Shown piece by piece: positions 46,227-56,180 of a stretch of 64,000 nucleotides of DNA. Below the pieces are notes generated by a model. It was not told the DNA's origin. It was given only the letters and a program-made list of their open reading frames with translations, and searched no databases. The stretch's first letter is position 1. Each line of letters starts with the position of its first letter. This DNA comes from Chthonomonadales bacterium. GTDB lineage: Bacteria > Armatimonadota > Chthonomonadetes > Chthonomonadales > CAJBBX01. The position numbers were made by a program, and so were the translations under genes. Location of the stretch: NCBI GenBank assembly GCA_037443035.1, contig JBBIPC010000001.1, positions 256,001-320,000 of the forward strand, read 5' to 3'.

Positions 46227-48104
46227 GTGAAACACCGATATCACGGCATCCTTCTTGTCACGCTCGCGATTGCAGCCAGCATTGTCTCGATACGCCTGCT
46301 CAGGGCCGACCAAAGCGCGGTGGCGCCGGCAACTGGCTCCCTGCTCGAGCTCGCTTCGGCAATGGAAAACGCGGTGCGTGCAGGAGATCCGGTGCGAGCC
46401 GAGGGGATCACGGCCCCAGGTGTGCGCAACGACTACGAGTGGATCCGGGAGTGGAAGGCTTCCGGTGGTAGCAGCGGCATCTGGCGCGCCAGCATTGTCC
46501 AGTGGCGGCATGGGACGTCCGATGTGGTACGGCTACTCCAGGTCTCGCGGCCACAGGTTACCCAGAGCACGAGTGATCACCTCTATAGGATCGCATCGAC
46601 CGGCAGTACCGCCCGCTTGGGTCCCGAAATCCCCGAAAGCGAGGTGGTGGGTGGGCGTGTCATCAGCCACAGTCTCGACGTCGAGTTTCGTCCTGCCGAC
46701 CGCTCGGTTGTTGTTCAGGATACGGCAACCGTTCGGCGTCAGGCTAGCCATCTTCCCTTCACTCTGCTCCGTCTCAACGAGAACTTCGTGGTAACCAGCG
46801 TCACCAGGGACGGCAGGCCCGTTGCCTATCAGCGCGCAGGCGGCTTCCTCATTCTGCCACCACCGGATGCTGAACAGGTTCGCGTCACCTTCCGGTCCGC
46901 GTCAAGCCTTCCTTCTACGGGCGAGAGCTTCGCAGCGCATGACGAGACGGCGATTACGGCATACTGGTACGTCCATACAGCGCGACTACCTGCTACCGCC
47001 ACGACGCACATCACTGCACCGGCGGGGTGGCGAACGATCAGCAACGGCGATCTTGTAGCAGAATCCCGCGATGGCGATCGCTGGAGTTCGACCTGGGCCA
47101 CGGCCGTGCCGCTCTGCTATCTCACGGCGGCTGCCGGAAAGTACCAGGAGACCGTTCAGCGGGCCGGACCGGTCCCCATTCGGGCGTGGCTACTCGGCAA
47201 GTCCGAGCAGCGAGCAACGAGCATCTGCCGTACGGCCAGCAACGCAATAGCTTGGCTCCGCACCACATTCGGCCCATACCCGTTCAAAGAGTACATCGTC
47301 GTCGAGTCACGGATCTTTCCTCCGGCGCTGGAGGGCTACTCGTTCACCCTGTCAGGATCCGCGAATCTGCCGGACGTGATCCTCCACGAAGCGAGCCACA
47401 CGTGGTGGGGCGGTCTGGTGCCGTGCACCTACACCAGTTCTATGTGGAACGAGGCCTTCGCTACCTACACAGAGTGGCTCTATGAGCGGCTGTACCGGCA
47501 TCCATCTTCGCAGGATCCGGGCCATGGCGCAGTGGCTTCGGCGGCCAGCCTGCCGTCGGAACCGCCCATCGCCAAGGCGCGTGATGCCATGCACCCCAGC
47601 CACGCGGCCATCGGCTATCAGAAAGGCGCCCTTGTCCTCGCTCAACTAGAGCGGCTAGTTGGTACCGAGACAATGCTCCGTATCATGCGTGCCTTCGTCG
47701 CTGAGCACAAACGGTTTGAAGCCGCCGACTGGGCCGAGTTCGCCGCCGCCCTCAACCGCGTAGCTGGCAGCGGCTGGCAAGGCTTCCTCGGTCCGTGGCT
47801 CCAGGAGCCTGGGCTTCCCCAGTACAGTCTTCGTTCCGTCAGCGCTAGACCCAGTGGTGACGGCTACCTGCTCGAAGGACTGATCGTGACTTCAGCGCCG
47901 GCTCGAGTGTGTCTTGCACCGCTGCTGGTCGAGACCGAGAGCGGAGAAGTGGATCATACGGTCGTGGTCCGCCGGCCGCAGACGCGCTTCTCGATCACGT
48001 GTCCGTCACGGCCCGTGAGAGTGCGTCTGGATCCCGACGGGTTGATGCTCCGTAGCCCGGGCCCGGACGTGATTGTTCCAGTGCCGTGGCAAAGTGCTCT
48101 GTAA
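46227..48104 (+). CDS. Secreted M1 family aminopeptidase
   Basis: Signal peptide, FGPYPF, HEASHTWWG...NEAFATY, YQKGALVL, LDPD. Confidence 0.85.
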   Translation: MKHRYHGILLVTLAIAASIVSIRLLRADQSAVAPATGSLLELASAMENAVRAGDPVRAEGITAPGVRNDYEWIREWKASGGSSGIWRASIVQWRHGTSDVVRLLQVSRPQVTQSTSDHLYRIASTGSTARLGPEIPESEVVGGRVISHSLDVEFRPADRSVVVQDTATVRRQASHLPFTLLRLNENFVVTSVTRDGRPVAYQRAGGFLILPPPDAEQVRVTFRSASSLPSTGESFAAHDETAITAYWYVHTARLPATATTHITAPAGWRTISNGDLVAESRDGDRWSSTWATAVPLCYLTAAAGKYQETVQRAGPVPIRAWLLGKSEQRATSICRTASNAIAWLRTTFGPYPFKEYIVVESRIFPPALEGYSFTLSGSANLPDVILHEASHTWWGGLVPCTYTSSMWNEAFATYTEWLYERLYRHPSSQDPGHGAVASAASLPSEPPIAKARDAMHPSHAAIGYQKGALVLAQLERLVGTETMLRIMRAFVAEHKRFEAADWAEFAAALNRVAGSGWQGFLGPWLQEPGLPQYSLRSVSARPSGDGYLLEGLIVTSAPARVCLAPLLVETESGEVDHTVVVRRPQTRFSITCPSRPVRVRLDPDGLMLRSPGPDVIVPVPWQSAL

Positions 48105-48130
48105 CCTCACGGCTCCAGCTTGACAGCGAC

Positions 48131-48159
48131 TTGACAAACCTAGCTTCGGCAGCTATCAT
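48131..48159 (+). promoter_or_regulatory. Sigma70-type promoter of the prepilin-domain gene
   Basis: TTGACA-N17-TATCAT, with a second TTGACA 11 nt upstream. Confidence 0.7.
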
Positions 48160-48235
48160 GTTATCTGACGATACCTCGGCCAGACAAGAGGCCGTGGTGT
48201 GGTGACTACCCAACTAGGGGAGAAAGGGAGCAACG

Positions 48236-49060
48236 ATGCGAACGTCGTCCTCGAGTCGCAAAGGGTTCACCCTGATCGAGCTGCTGGTCGTCATCGCGAT
48301 TATCGCGATCCTGGCGGCTATCCTCTTCCCGGTCTTCGCGCGAGCCAGGGAGAACGCCCGCAAGGCGCAGTGTATCTCCAACATGAAGCAGTTGACCCTC
48401 AGCCTGCTCATGTACGCCCAGGACTACGACGGCAGAGCACCGCGTCATGGGTGGGGCTGGTGGGAACAGGCTGCCTACTGCCAGGACAACCCACCTGGTA
48501 CGGACTTCAACTACAAGTGGAGCTGGTACCCATGTGGAGACCGCTCCATGGCGACGTGGCGGTCCATCATCTATCCGTATGTCAAGAACGCCGGTGTCTA
48601 CAACTGTCCAACGTTCGAGATGCCGGACGAGCCCCTGTGGCTCGACATGGTAGCCCAAGTAACGTACAAGATCCGCCGGGGCTACGCACTGAGCTACACC
48701 ATCGTCCACGACTGCTGCGCTCGCAACAGCTTCGACGCTTGCCCACGGCCAGGCAGTACTATTCTCATGACGGAAAGTCGCGAGTTCTACCACGACTGGA
48801 AGCAGGACTTTATCGACGACCGTGCCTGGTTCGACAACTCCAAGGGGATCATGACGACCCACAACGGGATCTCCAACTTCGGCTTCTACGACGGGCACGT
48901 CAAGGCAATGAGGCTTCAGGCCACGTTCGGCGCGCTTGCATACGGAGACAGCGGGATTCCGACGGACGACATGCTCTGGGCCTGGTTCAACGGCGGCGGC
49001 TGGGAGCAGCCGAGCTGGCTCCGGAACGCACTGGCGAACGTGGCACCAGAGTACCGGTAG
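48236..49060 (+). CDS. Prepilin-type N-terminal cleavage/methylation protein with an H-X9-DG motif (DUF1559-like)
   Basis: KG^[30 protein letters not shown]...[22 protein letters not shown]. Confidence 0.95.
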   Translation: MRTSSSSRKGFTLIELLVVIAIIAILAAILFPVFARARENARKAQCISNMKQLTLSLLMYAQDYDGRAPRHGWGWWEQAAYCQDNPPGTDFNYKWSWYPCGDRSMATWRSIIYPYVKNAGVYNCPTFEMPDEPLWLDMVAQVTYKIRRGYALSYTIVHDCCARNSFDACPRPGSTILMTESREFYHDWKQDFIDDRAWFDNSKGIMTTHNGISNFGFYDGHVKAMRLQATFGALAYGDSGIPTDDMLWAWFNGGGWEQPSWLRNALANVAPEYR

Positions 49061-49085
49061 AGTAGACCCAGAACCGCGCAATTCT

Positions 49086-49121
49086 AGCCCCCTGCCGGCC
49101 ACAGACAGGGGGCTTCTTGTT
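49086..49121 (+). terminator. Intrinsic terminator after the prepilin-domain gene
   Basis: AGCCCCCTG...CAGGGGGCT 9-bp stem followed by TCTTGTT. Confidence 0.75.
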
Positions 49122-49159
49122 GTCCCGTGGTCTACAATGCGTAGGACGATCGAACTCCA

Positions 49160-50413
49160 GTGTCAGCTACTGAACGAACTGCGATTGCCGCCAAGATCAC
49201 GGCGACCTTTGGGGCATTACGTCATCGTGACTATCGGGTCTTCTGGACCGGTACTTGCGTGTCATTCATTGGCACATGGGTCCAGAATGTGGCCCTCGGT
49301 CTCTACGTCTATAGGCTAACTGGCTCCAAGGAGGCCCTCGGTGCGGTGGGTCTCGCATCAGGCTTGCCCGTGACCGTCCTCCTGCTCTATGGTGGTGCCA
49401 TCGCAGACCGGGTCGACAAGCGTCGTCTACTCTTCGTCACCCAGTCCATCTACGCCGCATCGGCGTTCGCGCTTGCTGCTCTCGTGGCGACCCATCTCGC
49501 CCGTCCGTGGCATATCATCGCGATATCGTTCGTGAACGGCATGGTCTTCGCCGTAGATGGCCCTGCACGCCAGGCGCTCGTCTATGACCTTGTCGGTCCA
49601 GAGGATCTAGCCACTGGTGTCGCCCTGCAATCGGCTTCCTTCAACGTAGCGCGCGTCCTGGGTCCTGCGCTGGGTAGCGTCATCTATGCTTCGCTGGGCC
49701 CAGCATGGTGCTTCGCAACGAACGGCTTGAGCTTCGGCGCCGTACTGCTCAGTCTCGGCTTCATTCGGTCGTCGGCCGCCACCAGGGCTGCCGAGGGCGT
49801 TGCGCCATCTGAAGGGGTTCGTGCGAGCTTCCAGTACCTGCGGCAGTCCCTTCCGGCTAGGACGATTCTGACGCTTACGGCCACCGCCAGTATCTTCGGC
49901 GTAGCCAACTATCAGACACTCATGCCAGCGTTCGCTCGGGACTGTCTACGCATCGGCGAGCAGGACGCTCGTTACGGCTTTCTCTTCTCTGCGATTGGCC
50001 TGGGCTCCCTGGGCGGCGTCTATTACGTCGGCCGCAACGCTCAGGCCGGCAGACGCGGTCTCACGGTAATCACTGGTGCCGTCTGCTTCGCCCTCGCGCT
50101 CACCGCTCTTGGGCAGGCGAGGAGCTACCACTGGGCGCTTCTGATTCTCTTCGCCGTTGGGCTGTCGGCGGTGTCCCAACTGGCCACAGCTAACAGCCTG
50201 ACACAGACCATGGCGCCAGAGGGACTCCGAGGGCGGGCGGTTGCGCTGCATATGCTTGCCATGGCCGGGCTGCAGCCCGTTGGAGCATTCCTAGCAGGTA
50301 CGATAGCACAGCGGCTGAGTGTGGGGTTCTCGCTGACCATGGGCGGCGTGATCGTCGCCTGTGTCGCGACTGTGCTCGCCGCGCGTTATCGGTCCGTATT
50401 CCGTGTGGCATAG
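49160..50413 (+). CDS. MFS transporter (MFS_3/H+ antiporter-like)
   Basis: ALRHRDYRVFW, GGAIADRVDKRRLL, PARQA, FNVARVLGP, LRGR; about 12 TM segments. Confidence 0.92.
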   Translation: MSATERTAIAAKITATFGALRHRDYRVFWTGTCVSFIGTWVQNVALGLYVYRLTGSKEALGAVGLASGLPVTVLLLYGGAIADRVDKRRLLFVTQSIYAASAFALAALVATHLARPWHIIAISFVNGMVFAVDGPARQALVYDLVGPEDLATGVALQSASFNVARVLGPALGSVIYASLGPAWCFATNGLSFGAVLLSLGFIRSSAATRAAEGVAPSEGVRASFQYLRQSLPARTILTLTATASIFGVANYQTLMPAFARDCLRIGEQDARYGFLFSAIGLGSLGGVYYVGRNAQAGRRGLTVITGAVCFALALTALGQARSYHWALLILFAVGLSAVSQLATANSLTQTMAPEGLRGRAVALHMLAMAGLQPVGAFLAGTIAQRLSVGFSLTMGGVIVACVATVLAARYRSVFRVA

Positions 50414-50434
50414 CATGAGAAAGGAGGAAACCCC

Positions 50435-51145
50435 ATGAGCATCGGCATTCCGGGTAGTCTCACTTGGTGTGGTCATGCTGCCTTTCGCATCACTACTTCG
50501 AGCGGCAGAGTACTCTTCATAGACCCGTTTCTGTCAGGCAATCCTGCGTGCCCGGCCCACCTCCGTCGGCCCGAGCGCTGCGACGCCATTCTTGTCACCC
50601 ACGGCCACGGGGACCATGTGGGCGACACGGTGGACATCGCTCGCAGAACAGGAGCGCAGGTCGTGGCTATCGTGGAGGTCGCGGAGTGGCTGAGCCGCAA
50701 AGGCGTAGGCCAGGTCATCGGTATGAACAAAGGTGGTACGGTGCAAGTCGCCGGGGTGGACGTCACCATGGTCCATGCGTACCATTCGAGTTCCATAAGA
50801 GATGGAAGCCAGACGCTCTACGGCGGAGAGGCGGCCGGATACGTAGTAACGATGAACGGCTTCACCTTCTACCACGCCGGCGATACGAACGTCTTCGGCG
50901 ACATGCGCCTGATCGCAGATCTGTACGCACCCAAGCTCGCGCTCTTGCCCATCGGGGACCACTACACCATGTCTCCAAAGGAGGCGGCTCTGGCAGTGGA
51001 GCTTCTACGAGTACAGCACGTCGTGCCCATGCACCATGGAACGTTTCCTGTGCTCAGTGGCACCCCGGACTCCCTCGAGAGATTGCTCGCAGGCAAGAGA
51101 GAAGTGTCTATCCATGCGCTGCGACCGGGCGATTCCCTAAACTAA
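50435..51145 (+). CDS. Metal-dependent hydrolase, MBL fold (UPF0173-like)
   Basis: GHAAF, IDPF, THGHGDH, AYHSS, YHAGDT, LPIGDHYTM, PMHH; AAGGAGG RBS. Confidence 0.93.
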   Translation: MSIGIPGSLTWCGHAAFRITTSSGRVLFIDPFLSGNPACPAHLRRPERCDAILVTHGHGDHVGDTVDIARRTGAQVVAIVEVAEWLSRKGVGQVIGMNKGGTVQVAGVDVTMVHAYHSSSIRDGSQTLYGGEAAGYVVTMNGFTFYHAGDTNVFGDMRLIADLYAPKLALLPIGDHYTMSPKEAALAVELLRVQHVVPMHHGTFPVLSGTPDSLERLLAGKREVSIHALRPGDSLN

Positions 51146-51161
51146 CGTTATGGTGCGCAAA

Positions 51162-51184
51162 CGGGGCGCCGTACTGGCGCCCCG
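51162..51184. terminator. Hairpin between the convergent MBL hydrolase and DUF4177 genes
   Basis: CGGGGCGCC-gtact-GGCGCCCCG perfect 9-bp stem; TTT follows on the minus strand. Confidence 0.65.
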
Positions 51185-51236
51185 CGGTGCATGCGATTGG
51201 CCTGGAACTAATGATAAAGGACTTCTTGCGGTCTCC

Positions 51237-51416
51237 TTACGTTGCGGCGCGACGAAACACGCAGCGGTACTCGCAGGTGACAGGTTCACTCATGAACACG
51301 AGCTCCCAGCCATCGGCGCCGTATTCACTGAGCTTCTCCTGGAGCACAGTCGAATGACGGGCGTGAATGTCTGCAACGCAGTATTCCCACTTCAGACGCG
51401 CACCTGTCTCTGGCAT
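51237..51416 (-). CDS. DUF4177-like small protein (59 aa)
   Basis: KWEY...L..YGADGWELV...VFRR pattern; strong GGAGGTGA RBS before ATG 51416. Confidence 0.8.
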   Translation of the reverse strand: MPETGARLKWEYCVADIHARHSTVLQEKLSEYGADGWELVFMSEPVTCEYRCVFRRAAT

Positions 51417-51580
51417 GGATTCACCTCCCACGCTCCATGGCGTTGGCTTGCGTATCGAGACATGCATGCACCCTTGCGGAGGGTCCGTCTCGCTCCCTCT
51501 CTTACCATTGACGACCCGCTAGCCGCTAGGTTCCAGTGCGGATTGCGCACCGAGCCGACCGTGCAAGGGCAGGGCGGTTG

Positions 51581-52333
51581 GTGAGGACCCTCACTGTCAT
51601 CCATACCAATGACCTCCATGATCGTCTCACAGACGATCAGGCGGAAGAGCTTGCCCGCCTCAAGACGGCGGGTGGTCCAAGCGTCCTGTTGCTCGATGCC
51701 GGAGACGCCATCGGTGCGGGAAACATCACCTTCAGGCCGGACGGTGAACCGATCCTCGATAGGATGGCACATGCTGGCTATGACGCCATGACTGTTGGCA
51801 ACAGAGAGTTTCACATGACTGCCACGGGCTTCGTCTGCAAGATCGGCAGTGCCAGGTTCCCCGTGCTTTGCGCCAACGTAGAGCCCCGCATTGACAAAGC
51901 ACCGTTACCATGTCGCCCATGGATTGCCTTGGATGTACCTGAGTTCGGCCCCGTTGTGCTGTTCGGGCTTACGGTACCGATGATTACGGAGACCATGGCG
52001 GTCCGCCATCTGAGCGCTTACGTCTTCCGAGACCCCCTTCAGGCCGCACGGCAGCTCGTGCCCGAGCTCGTCAAGCATGGCAGAGTCGTCGTCTGCTTGA
52101 GCCACCTCGGCACGGACCGTGACCGGCATCTGGCAACAGAACTCCCAGCGATCTCCCTCATCGTTGGCGGCCACAGCCACACGCCCCTGCCGGAAGGTCT
52201 TCGAGTTGATCGCACGCTCATTGTTCAGGCTCCTCCCCTTGCGCGCGGCTACGGCGTGGTCAACATGACGTTCACCTCCGAGACCCAGGTATCCTCGGCG
52301 TCCTTGCGCGAGTTCTCCACGCCATGTCGGTAA
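51581..52333 (+). CDS. Calcineurin-like metallophosphoesterase (5'-nucleotidase N-terminal domain only)
   Basis: HTNDLH, DAGD, GNREF, LSHLG, GGHSH. Confidence 0.87.
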   Translation: MRTLTVIHTNDLHDRLTDDQAEELARLKTAGGPSVLLLDAGDAIGAGNITFRPDGEPILDRMAHAGYDAMTVGNREFHMTATGFVCKIGSARFPVLCANVEPRIDKAPLPCRPWIALDVPEFGPVVLFGLTVPMITETMAVRHLSAYVFRDPLQAARQLVPELVKHGRVVVCLSHLGTDRDRHLATELPAISLIVGGHSHTPLPEGLRVDRTLIVQAPPLARGYGVVNMTFTSETQVSSASLREFSTPCR

Positions 52334-54345
52334 CCGTGCCGCTACTGGCCATCGCCGCGGGCGTTGGTAGTGCCATCTTGAGCCGGCGGCGGAGTACGAA
52401 CTGGCAACCTCTCGAGGAGGTACTTTTCTCGACGGCCCTCGGACTGGGCATATGTGCCTATGTACTGTTCATTCTTGGCATTGCGGGACTGTTGCGACCG
52501 ATTGCCGTGGCGACAGCGGCACTGCTCTTGATCGCGCCCGCCACATACGGTGTCTATCGTCTATATCATCAATACTCTGTAGAGGTGGCCTCGCCAGAAT
52601 CGCCTTCAGAGAGTACGTCCCCCTCTGTGACCATTGGCGGCCTCATCCTATCTGTCGTCTTGTGTGTTGCGGGTGTGACGTCTTTTCTTCAGTGTGCCTT
52701 ACCGCCTGGCGCCCACGAATGGGATTCGCTGTCGTACCACCTGGCGGTGCCCAAGGCCTTTGTGAGGGCAGGCGGCCTCATCGAGCTACCGACAGACCAT
52801 CATTCGTACTTCCCGTTTCTGACCCAGATGCTGTACACGGTAGCGATCATGGCGCACGTCCCTCTCGGAGCGAAGTTCACGCACTGGTTCTTCGGAGTGT
52901 TGGCGGCCGCTGCCGTCTACGCCATGGGACGTCGCTGGACATCGCGTACGGCAGGTCTTGTCGCTGCCGTTGTCTCTGCGGTCACTCCCATGGTTCTCTG
53001 GGAGGCCAGCACAGCCTATATCGAACTCGCTCAGACGGCCTACGTCGTACTCATGGCGCATGCTGTGCTGCTGTACAGGAGCCATCGAACAGGGGCTGAC
53101 GCTGCGGTATCTGGGGCTCTCGGTGGTCTCGCCTTAGCCGTCAAGACGCTGAGCCTTGTGCCTGTTGTCCTGCTCTCGGCGATTCTCCTATTCTCGAAAC
53201 CGAAACGAAAGCACGCGGCCGTGCATCTCCTGCTGCTCCTCCTGCTCGGTGCTCCGTTCTACATCCGGACATGGGCTCTGACTGGCAATCCTGTGTACCC
53301 CTTCGCCTATTCCGTGTTCGGAGGCAAGTACTGGGACGCGAGACGTGCGGCCATCTACGCGGGCGAGCAGCGGAGCTACGGTCTCGATGGACGTGTAGTG
53401 TCAGTGGGCGATGATCTAAGACCAGCTCGGAGACCCTACGTTTCGCCATCTGCTGCTGACCGTCTGCGGAACGTCATCCTGGCACCATTCGCACTGGTGA
53501 GCCTGCCACGCCTGTTCCACAATTACAACGACCCATGGCCGCTTGCGACACTTGGCTTCCTGCCACTTGCGTTCTTCCCGCTCGCATTTGTCCCCAACCG
53601 CATGCCGCCGGAGACGCGCGTCCTGGCGATACTGACGGCGGTGTGGTTCGCTGCTTGGTCGGTGACCATGCAATACGCGCGGTACCTCATACCACTCGTG
53701 CCAATTGCGGCACTGGCGGGTGCGTGGGGAATCGAGGCGCTCAGAAAGCAGTACCGAAGCATATGGTTGCTGGTCCTTGTAGCGATCGGGCTGCAGAGCG
53801 CGTTGGTACTCGACGTTGCCGTCAGGCGGACCATCGAGTACGCGGATGCCATCTTCAATGTGAGCGAATCCGCTGACGCCGATGCATTGAGGAGAGAGGT
53901 CAACATCTACGACAGCGCCCAGTGGATCAACCACCAGACACCGCCCGCTGCTGGCGTAGTCCTTTTCGAGGAGACCCGCGGCTACCTATTGGATGGTCCG
54001 GTTCTGTGGGGCAACAGCCCCCATAGCACGTACATACCCTACGAGACCTTCCGCAACGGTTCAGAGATGGTTAGCTGGTTCACCAAACACCACATTCGCT
54101 ATGCGCTGGTGAACTTGCAGTTCGCGCCCCAAGCTGCGACTCCTGAAGGAAGTGCCAAGTTGCGCGGTGCTAGAACGGCGTACGACTACCAGCGTCTGTT
54201 TGTATCGTGGTATCAGAAGGCGGATCGGTATGGGGAGCGCTGGCGTGCGTTGTTGGCAGACGCACTGCGAACAGGTGAGGCAAGAGTTGTGGAAGAGGCG
54301 ACGTTCCACGGCACTGTCGTTCTTGCTCTCGGCAGGAGCAAGTAG
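52324..54345 (+). CDS. GT-C fold membrane glycosyltransferase (ArnT/PMT-like)
   Basis: Many TM helices; WDSLSYHLAVPK, TGNPVYPF, RYLIP; soluble C-terminal domain. Confidence 0.8.
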   Translation: MSVTVPLLAIAAGVGSAILSRRRSTNWQPLEEVLFSTALGLGICAYVLFILGIAGLLRPIAVATAALLLIAPATYGVYRLYHQYSVEVASPESPSESTSPSVTIGGLILSVVLCVAGVTSFLQCALPPGAHEWDSLSYHLAVPKAFVRAGGLIELPTDHHSYFPFLTQMLYTVAIMAHVPLGAKFTHWFFGVLAAAAVYAMGRRWTSRTAGLVAAVVSAVTPMVLWEASTAYIELAQTAYVVLMAHAVLLYRSHRTGADAAVSGALGGLALAVKTLSLVPVVLLSAILLFSKPKRKHAAVHLLLLLLLGAPFYIRTWALTGNPVYPFAYSVFGGKYWDARRAAIYAGEQRSYGLDGRVVSVGDDLRPARRPYVSPSAADRLRNVILAPFALVSLPRLFHNYNDPWPLATLGFLPLAFFPLAFVPNRMPPETRVLAILTAVWFAAWSVTMQYARYLIPLVPIAALAGAWGIEALRKQYRSIWLLVLVAIGLQSALVLDVAVRRTIEYADAIFNVSESADADALRREVNIYDSAQWINHQTPPAAGVVLFEETRGYLLDGPVLWGNSPHSTYIPYETFRNGSEMVSWFTKHHIRYALVNLQFAPQAATPEGSAKLRGARTAYDYQRLFVSWYQKADRYGERWRALLADALRTGEARVVEEATFHGTVVLALGRSK

Positions 54346-54348
54346 GTC

Positions 54349-55731
54349 ATGAGCCGCAAGAAGAAGCTCGCTAGAGCAACGGTCCCCACCACGGCTACGG
54401 CCCGGACACCGACAGCGCCGTCGCGCGCCATGGATGTAGCACGGGTATACGGACTTGTGACCGTACTCGTCTTTCTGCTGTTCGCATGGGTACTGTCCAG
54501 TATCACTCCGCTGGCGGATACGGGGAGCTACATCAACGCACCGGATGAACGAGCGCACGTAGGGTATGTCGCAGCCATCGCCCTCGGGCACCGGTTGCCT
54601 ACGAAAGGCGACCGCGAGTTCCCTACTTACCAGTGGCACCAGCCCCCCTTCTACTACGCCGTAGCGGCACCTGCCTACCAGATAGGCCTACGCGCAATGC
54701 GCGCCGTATCTATACTATTCGCCATCGTCTCACTTTGGGCACTATGGGCTGCTGCCTCTGTAGTGTTGTCTGGTCGCCCAGCCGCGATAGCACTTGCGAC
54801 AGGAATCGTGTGCCTACTGCCCATGAGGCAAGCTGTCATGGCGGCCGTGGGCAACGAATCTGCGACTGAGTGCGTCTTCTCGCTTACGCTGTATTGCCTG
54901 ACCCTGATCCTGTGCAGAGGCGTAAGCAGGTCGCGCGTTGTCATGCTGACCGTACTGCTCACCGTGGGTCTGCTAACCAAGGCCACCTGTTTGTTGCTTC
55001 TTCCGTCTGCTTCCTTGGCCATGTTCCTTGCGTCACGCCGAGCCCAGCTCTCCCGGCGCGTCTTGTTGGGCCTGGTTCCCGTACTCTTCGCATTGGCGCT
55101 GGCGTCACCGTGGTATGTCCGCAATGCTCGCCTGTACGGCGAGATCCTGCCTCTGCGCGCTTTCCATGAGGAGTTCGCGGCAACGTCCCGTGCCACCGAC
55201 TGGATCGGCAAGCAGGAGCTGGAGGTGAATCCATGGACGGGTGATCTGCAGCCCGGACCTCTGATGACGCGCGCCGGCTACGTATCCCTCTTGGCCAACT
55301 GGACCATACGGACGTTCTTCGCAGCCTACACGCCGCCTTCCAAGCAGGCCATCGGAGCACCAGTCTTCATGCCACCAAGCGCCTACGCGGTCTTTCTTGG
55401 CATTCTGTTGGCCGGGTTACTAAGCGCCCTGTGGCATGCCTCGCTCCGGAGAACATGGAAGCCGAAGCTGGTCTCGCTCGCTATCACCCTCGGACTGTCG
55501 GCAGCGCTCGTGTCTGCCTCCTTCGCAGCCTTCACTGCAATGTACTTCCAGGCGCAAGGACGCTACCTGTACCCGGCGCTTCTGCCACTGTCCCTTGCTT
55601 GGGCCGATGGTATGGAGCGGCTGGCGCCAGAGCGGTACAAGTGGCACGTTGTGGTGGGCATCCTCGTCACGCTTGTCGTGCTCTGTGCTGCCTTCGCCTT
55701 TGCTTACGTGGCCCCTGCGTACCGGCCATGA
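54349..55731 (+). CDS. GT-C fold membrane glycosyltransferase (DUF2142/GT39-like)
   Basis: APDERAH, YQWHQPPFYY, GLLTK, WYVRNARLYG, QGRYLYP. Confidence 0.8.
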   Translation: MSRKKKLARATVPTTATARTPTAPSRAMDVARVYGLVTVLVFLLFAWVLSSITPLADTGSYINAPDERAHVGYVAAIALGHRLPTKGDREFPTYQWHQPPFYYAVAAPAYQIGLRAMRAVSILFAIVSLWALWAAASVVLSGRPAAIALATGIVCLLPMRQAVMAAVGNESATECVFSLTLYCLTLILCRGVSRSRVVMLTVLLTVGLLTKATCLLLLPSASLAMFLASRRAQLSRRVLLGLVPVLFALALASPWYVRNARLYGEILPLRAFHEEFAATSRATDWIGKQELEVNPWTGDLQPGPLMTRAGYVSLLANWTIRTFFAAYTPPSKQAIGAPVFMPPSAYAVFLGILLAGLLSALWHASLRRTWKPKLVSLAITLGLSAALVSASFAAFTAMYFQAQGRYLYPALLPLSLAWADGMERLAPERYKWHVVVGILVTLVVLCAAFAFAYVAPAYRP

Positions 55732-56180
55732 CAGCCGTTACCCAGTTCGTGTGTCCAACGTCTTCCGATACGATTCGAGCGGGGCATCGGCTCGGTGAAA
55801 ATCTGAGGCCCGGGGATGTCGTGCTAGTGAGCGGCGCTCTTGGGAGCGGCAAGACGACGTTCATCCAGGGCCTGGTACGCGGGTATGGAGTCGACGCTGT
55901 CGTAACAAGTCCGACCTTCGCGCTCATTCACGTTTACTCAACGGGAGACCGCACAGTAGTGCACGCTGACCCTTACCGCCTCAAGGGGGCGGCCGAGATA
56001 GCGACCATCGGTCTCGAGGAGTACCTCGACACTGACGCCGTTGTCGCCATCGAGTGGCCCGAACGACTGGGCGACCTCATCTCGGAAAGTGCCATACGCG
56101 TTGCCATTATCGCAGGACCAGACGAAGCACGGCGGATTCATGTGGTACTACCAGAGAGAAGGCAGTTGGGCGCGGGATGA
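55728..56180 (+). CDS. tsaE: tRNA t6A biosynthesis ATPase TsaE
   Basis: GALGSGKT, VTSPTFAL, HADPYRL, IEWPE; ATGA overlap sets the start at 55728. Confidence 0.95.
   Translation: MTAVTQFVCPTSSDTIRAGHRLGENLRPGDVVLVSGALGSGKTTFIQGLVRGYGVDAVVTSPTFALIHVYSTGDRTVVHADPYRLKGAAEIATIGLEEYLDTDAVVAIEWPERLGDLISESAIRVAIIAGPDEARRIHVVLPERRQLGAG

Noticed and set aside
48199..49102. Long alternative-frame (288 aa) and antisense (298 aa) ORFs over the prepilin gene
   Set aside because: No recognisable motifs; expected from strong GC3 codon bias. The same applies to the many shadow ORFs over ppdK, secA and the first gene.
49062..49135. GTAG-type REP element (GTAGACC...GGTCTAC around the terminator)
   Set aside because: Only a 7-bp outer repeat, a single copy in the window and no RAYT transposase; compatible with chance.
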